A stretch of 64,000 nt of DNA from Alphaproteobacteria bacterium. GTDB lineage: Bacteria > Pseudomonadota > Alphaproteobacteria > UBA2966. The position numbers and the translations under genes are program-made. Shown piece after piece: positions 61,858 through 64,000 of this stretch. The DNA lies in NCBI GenBank assembly GCA_964291395.2, contig OZ219856.1, positions 2,432,001 to 2,496,000 on the forward strand, written 5' to 3'. Below the pieces are notes generated by a model. The model did no database searches. It saw nothing but the letters and a program-made list of their open reading frames with translations, and had not been told where the DNA came from. Numbering within the stretch: position 1 is the stretch's first letter; each line of letters starts with the position of its first letter.

Positions 61858-63735
61858 TCACCCTTCCAGCAGTTCCCGTACGGCGTCCTTGATCTCGGTG
61901 ATCTTGAACGGCAAACCCGAGATGTTGTTGAGCCCGACGGCCGGCACCAGATACTCGCTCCGCAGCACCGTGCGGAGCTGCCCCGTATTCATCTCCGGCA
62001 CCAGGACGTGCTCATAGGATTGGAGCAGCCTGCCGAGATTGCGCGGCAGCGGCCAGAGGTGGCGAATGTGGATGTGCGACACATCCATACCTTCCACCTG
62101 CAGGTCGTCGACGGCTCGGTTGATCGGCCCGTAGGTCGACCCCCATCCGACAACGGCGACGGCGTCGTCAGGGGAACCCAGGGTGATGGTCTGCGGCGGG
62201 ATATCGTCGGCGATGCCATCGATCTTCGCCTTCCGCACCATGGTCATGCGGTGATGGTTTTCCGGGTCGTAGGAAATATTGCCGGTGTCGTAGTCCTTCT
62301 CCAGACCTCCGATCCGGTGCTCCAACCCCGGCGTTCCCGGCAAGGCCCAGGCCCGCGCCAGCGTGTCCTCATCACGGAGGAATGGGTGGAATCTCTCGGG
62401 ATCGGTCCGGAACTCCACCTTGTGCCGGGGAAGCTCGTCGACATCGGGGATCAGCCAGGGCTCGGCCGCATTCACGATATAGGAATCGGTGAGCAGGAAC
62501 ACCGGCGTCATGTATTTCGTCGCGATGCGTACGGCCTCAATCGCCGCGTCGAAGGCGTCGGCCGGCGATGAAGCGGCAATCACCGGGACGGGCGTGTCCG
62601 CATTGCGGCCGTAAACGGCTTGATAGAGGTCCGACTGCTCGGTCTTGGTCGGCATGCCGGTCGACGGGCCCGACCGCTGTGAATTGACGATCACCAGGGG
62701 CAACTCGGTGCTGACGGCAAGCCCGATCGCTTCGGTCTTCAGAGCGATCCCGGGACCCGAGCTCGACGTCACGCCGAGGGACCCAGCATAGGATGCGCCG
62801 ATCGCCGAGCACACGGCGGAAATCTCGTCCTCCGCCTGGAAGGTAATGACGTCGAATTCCTTCATGCCCGCCAACGCGTGCAGGAGAGCGGACGCCGGCG
62901 TAATCGGGTAGGAACCGAACATGAGCCTGAGCCCCGCCAACCGAGTGCCGACGACCAGCCCGTAGGCGGTCGCGTCCGCGCCGGTCACGGTACGGTACAG
63001 ACCACGCGGCATCTCGGCCGGCGGAATGACGTAGCCCTTGACCTCGAGACCGAGTTCCGCCGTCTCTCCATAGGCATGGCCGGCGTTCACAGCAGCGACA
63101 TTGGCGTCCGCCACCGTCGGAATCTTGCCGAATTTGACGTTCAGCCAGTCGATCGTGGGCTGACGGTCTCGGCCGTAGAGCCAATAGATCAGCCCGAGCG
63201 TCCAGAAATTCTTGCAGCGCAATGCCTGCTTTTGCGTCAGGCCAAACGACCCGACCGACTCCAGCGTGCGCTTCGAGATGTCGATTTCGACCACCCGGTA
63301 ATTGTCGAGGGAACGATCTTCCAGCGGGTTGGTATCGTATCCCGCCTTTTTCATGTTGCGTTCGGAGAACGTTCCGGTATCGACGATGACCAGGCTGCCC
63401 CCCGCCATGTCTTCGATGTTGACCTTGAGTGCCGCGGGATTGAACGCGACGAGGACATCGGGCCGGTCCCCGGCGGTGCGAATACGCCGCGCTCCGAAGT
63501 TGATCTGGAAGGCCGATACGCCGTACGTCGTCCCGGCAGGCGCACGAATCTCCGCAGGAAAATCAGGAAACGTCGCCAAGTCGTTTCCCGCGAGCGCCGT
63601 GACCTGCGTGAGCTGGCCGCCGGTGACTTGAACGCCGTCACCCGAGTCGCCGGCGAACCGGATCACGACGGATTCGAGCTCTTCGCGGTCTTCGAGCGGG
63701 TCTATCGTTTCAGCGGTACTCGCTGCCGTTGACAT
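61858..63735 (-). CDS. korA: 2-oxoacid:ferredoxin oxidoreductase alpha(-gamma) subunit
   Basis: FAGDSGDG, PAEIRAP, YPITPAS, QAEDEI, SSGPG, QRSGPSTGMPTKTEQSD. Confidence 0.92.
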   Translation of the reverse strand: MSTAASTAETIDPLEDREELESVVIRFAGDSGDGVQVTGGQLTQVTALAGNDLATFPDFPAEIRAPAGTTYGVSAFQINFGARRIRTAGDRPDVLVAFNPAALKVNIEDMAGGSLVIVDTGTFSERNMKKAGYDTNPLEDRSLDNYRVVEIDISKRTLESVGSFGLTQKQALRCKNFWTLGLIYWLYGRDRQPTIDWLNVKFGKIPTVADANVAAVNAGHAYGETAELGLEVKGYVIPPAEMPRGLYRTVTGADATAYGLVVGTRLAGLRLMFGSYPITPASALLHALAGMKEFDVITFQAEDEISAVCSAIGASYAGSLGVTSSSGPGIALKTEAIGLAVSTELPLVIVNSQRSGPSTGMPTKTEQSDLYQAVYGRNADTPVPVIAASSPADAFDAAIEAVRIATKYMTPVFLLTDSYIVNAAEPWLIPDVDELPRHKVEFRTDPERFHPFLRDEDTLARAWALPGTPGLEHRIGGLEKDYDTGNISYDPENHHRMTMVRKAKIDGIADDIPPQTITLGSPDDAVAVVGWGSTYGPINRAVDDLQVEGMDVSHIHIRHLWPLPRNLGRLLQSYEHVLVPEMNTGQLRTVLRSEYLVPAVGLNNISGLPFKITEIKDAVRELLEG

Positions 63736-63944
63736 GCGTCCTTGACTCCTTTGCCGTCACGGCCCTCTGGCGTCTTCGACATCCCGACCCTCAAGGGACC
63801 GTGTCCAATCGACGTCAGCAGGAAGTCGGCCGGATTATGACGGTGATACGGTTGATCAACCAAGTTGAAACCGCTGGCCTCGCGATCGCGTGAAAGTTTG
63901 GCGAACACCCGTGTCCGGTTGCCGCAGGCAATTCGAACGGCGCG

Positions 63945-63973
63945 ATTATACAGTCGCCGCCAAGCAGTGTGAA
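63945..63973 (-). promoter_or_regulatory. sigma70 promoter for korAB operon
   Basis: Minus strand TTCACA-17 nt-TATAAT about 210 nt upstream of korA. Confidence 0.6.
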
Positions 63974-64000
63974 TGTTCGGGAAATCGGCGGGCTGACGCC

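Noticed and set aside
63843-63860. GTGAT...ATCAA / GTTGATCAAC upstream of korA as an FNR box
   Set aside because: Spacing does not fit TTGAT-N4-ATCAA; only a 10-bp palindrome

Overview
High-GC (visibly about two-thirds G+C) alphaproteobacterial chromosome segment, probably Rhodospirillales-like (inference from gene order and protein sequences). Positions 1-21.4 kb are the core translation/transcription supercluster, mostly on the minus strand: rplB(5' part)-rplW-rplD-rplC-rpsJ-tuf-fusA-rpsG-rpsL, rpoC-rpoB, rplL-rplJ-rplA-rplK-nusG-secE, tRNA-Trp, a second tuf, tRNA-Gly and tRNA-Tyr, plus divergent rlmB. Positions 21.4-64 kb are a catabolic accessory region with two themes. (i) Organosulfur: two paralogous Rieske oxygenases flanking a sulfatase and a 3-sulfinopropanoyl-CoA desulfinase (AcdA), a BVMO, a divergent methanesulfonate-monooxygenase-like MsmAB pair with SDR and DASS transporter, OsmC, a complete oxidative sat-aprMBA operon, a sulfonate/nitrate-type ABC transporter and an amidase. 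(ii) Aromatic-CoA: a Liv-type ABC transporter, HcrCAB-like Mo enzyme, CoA ligase, UbiX, an FNR-like flavoprotein and KorAB. The best candidate for an undescribed system is a C-S-cleavage-to-sulfite-oxidation module for an unknown organosulfur substrate. Also seen: an 8-bp inverted microhomology suggesting a 19.6-kb inversion that split livG from livF, unannotated hsdM and metY gene relics, a divergent YchF, a Cys-less racemase, a 31-aa insertion in the Sat zinc site, a probable ATT start codon, and a recurring C-terminal AAE-TAG ending. No CRISPR array, integrase or transposase was recognised. Family assignments are from motif recognition by eye, not database searches.
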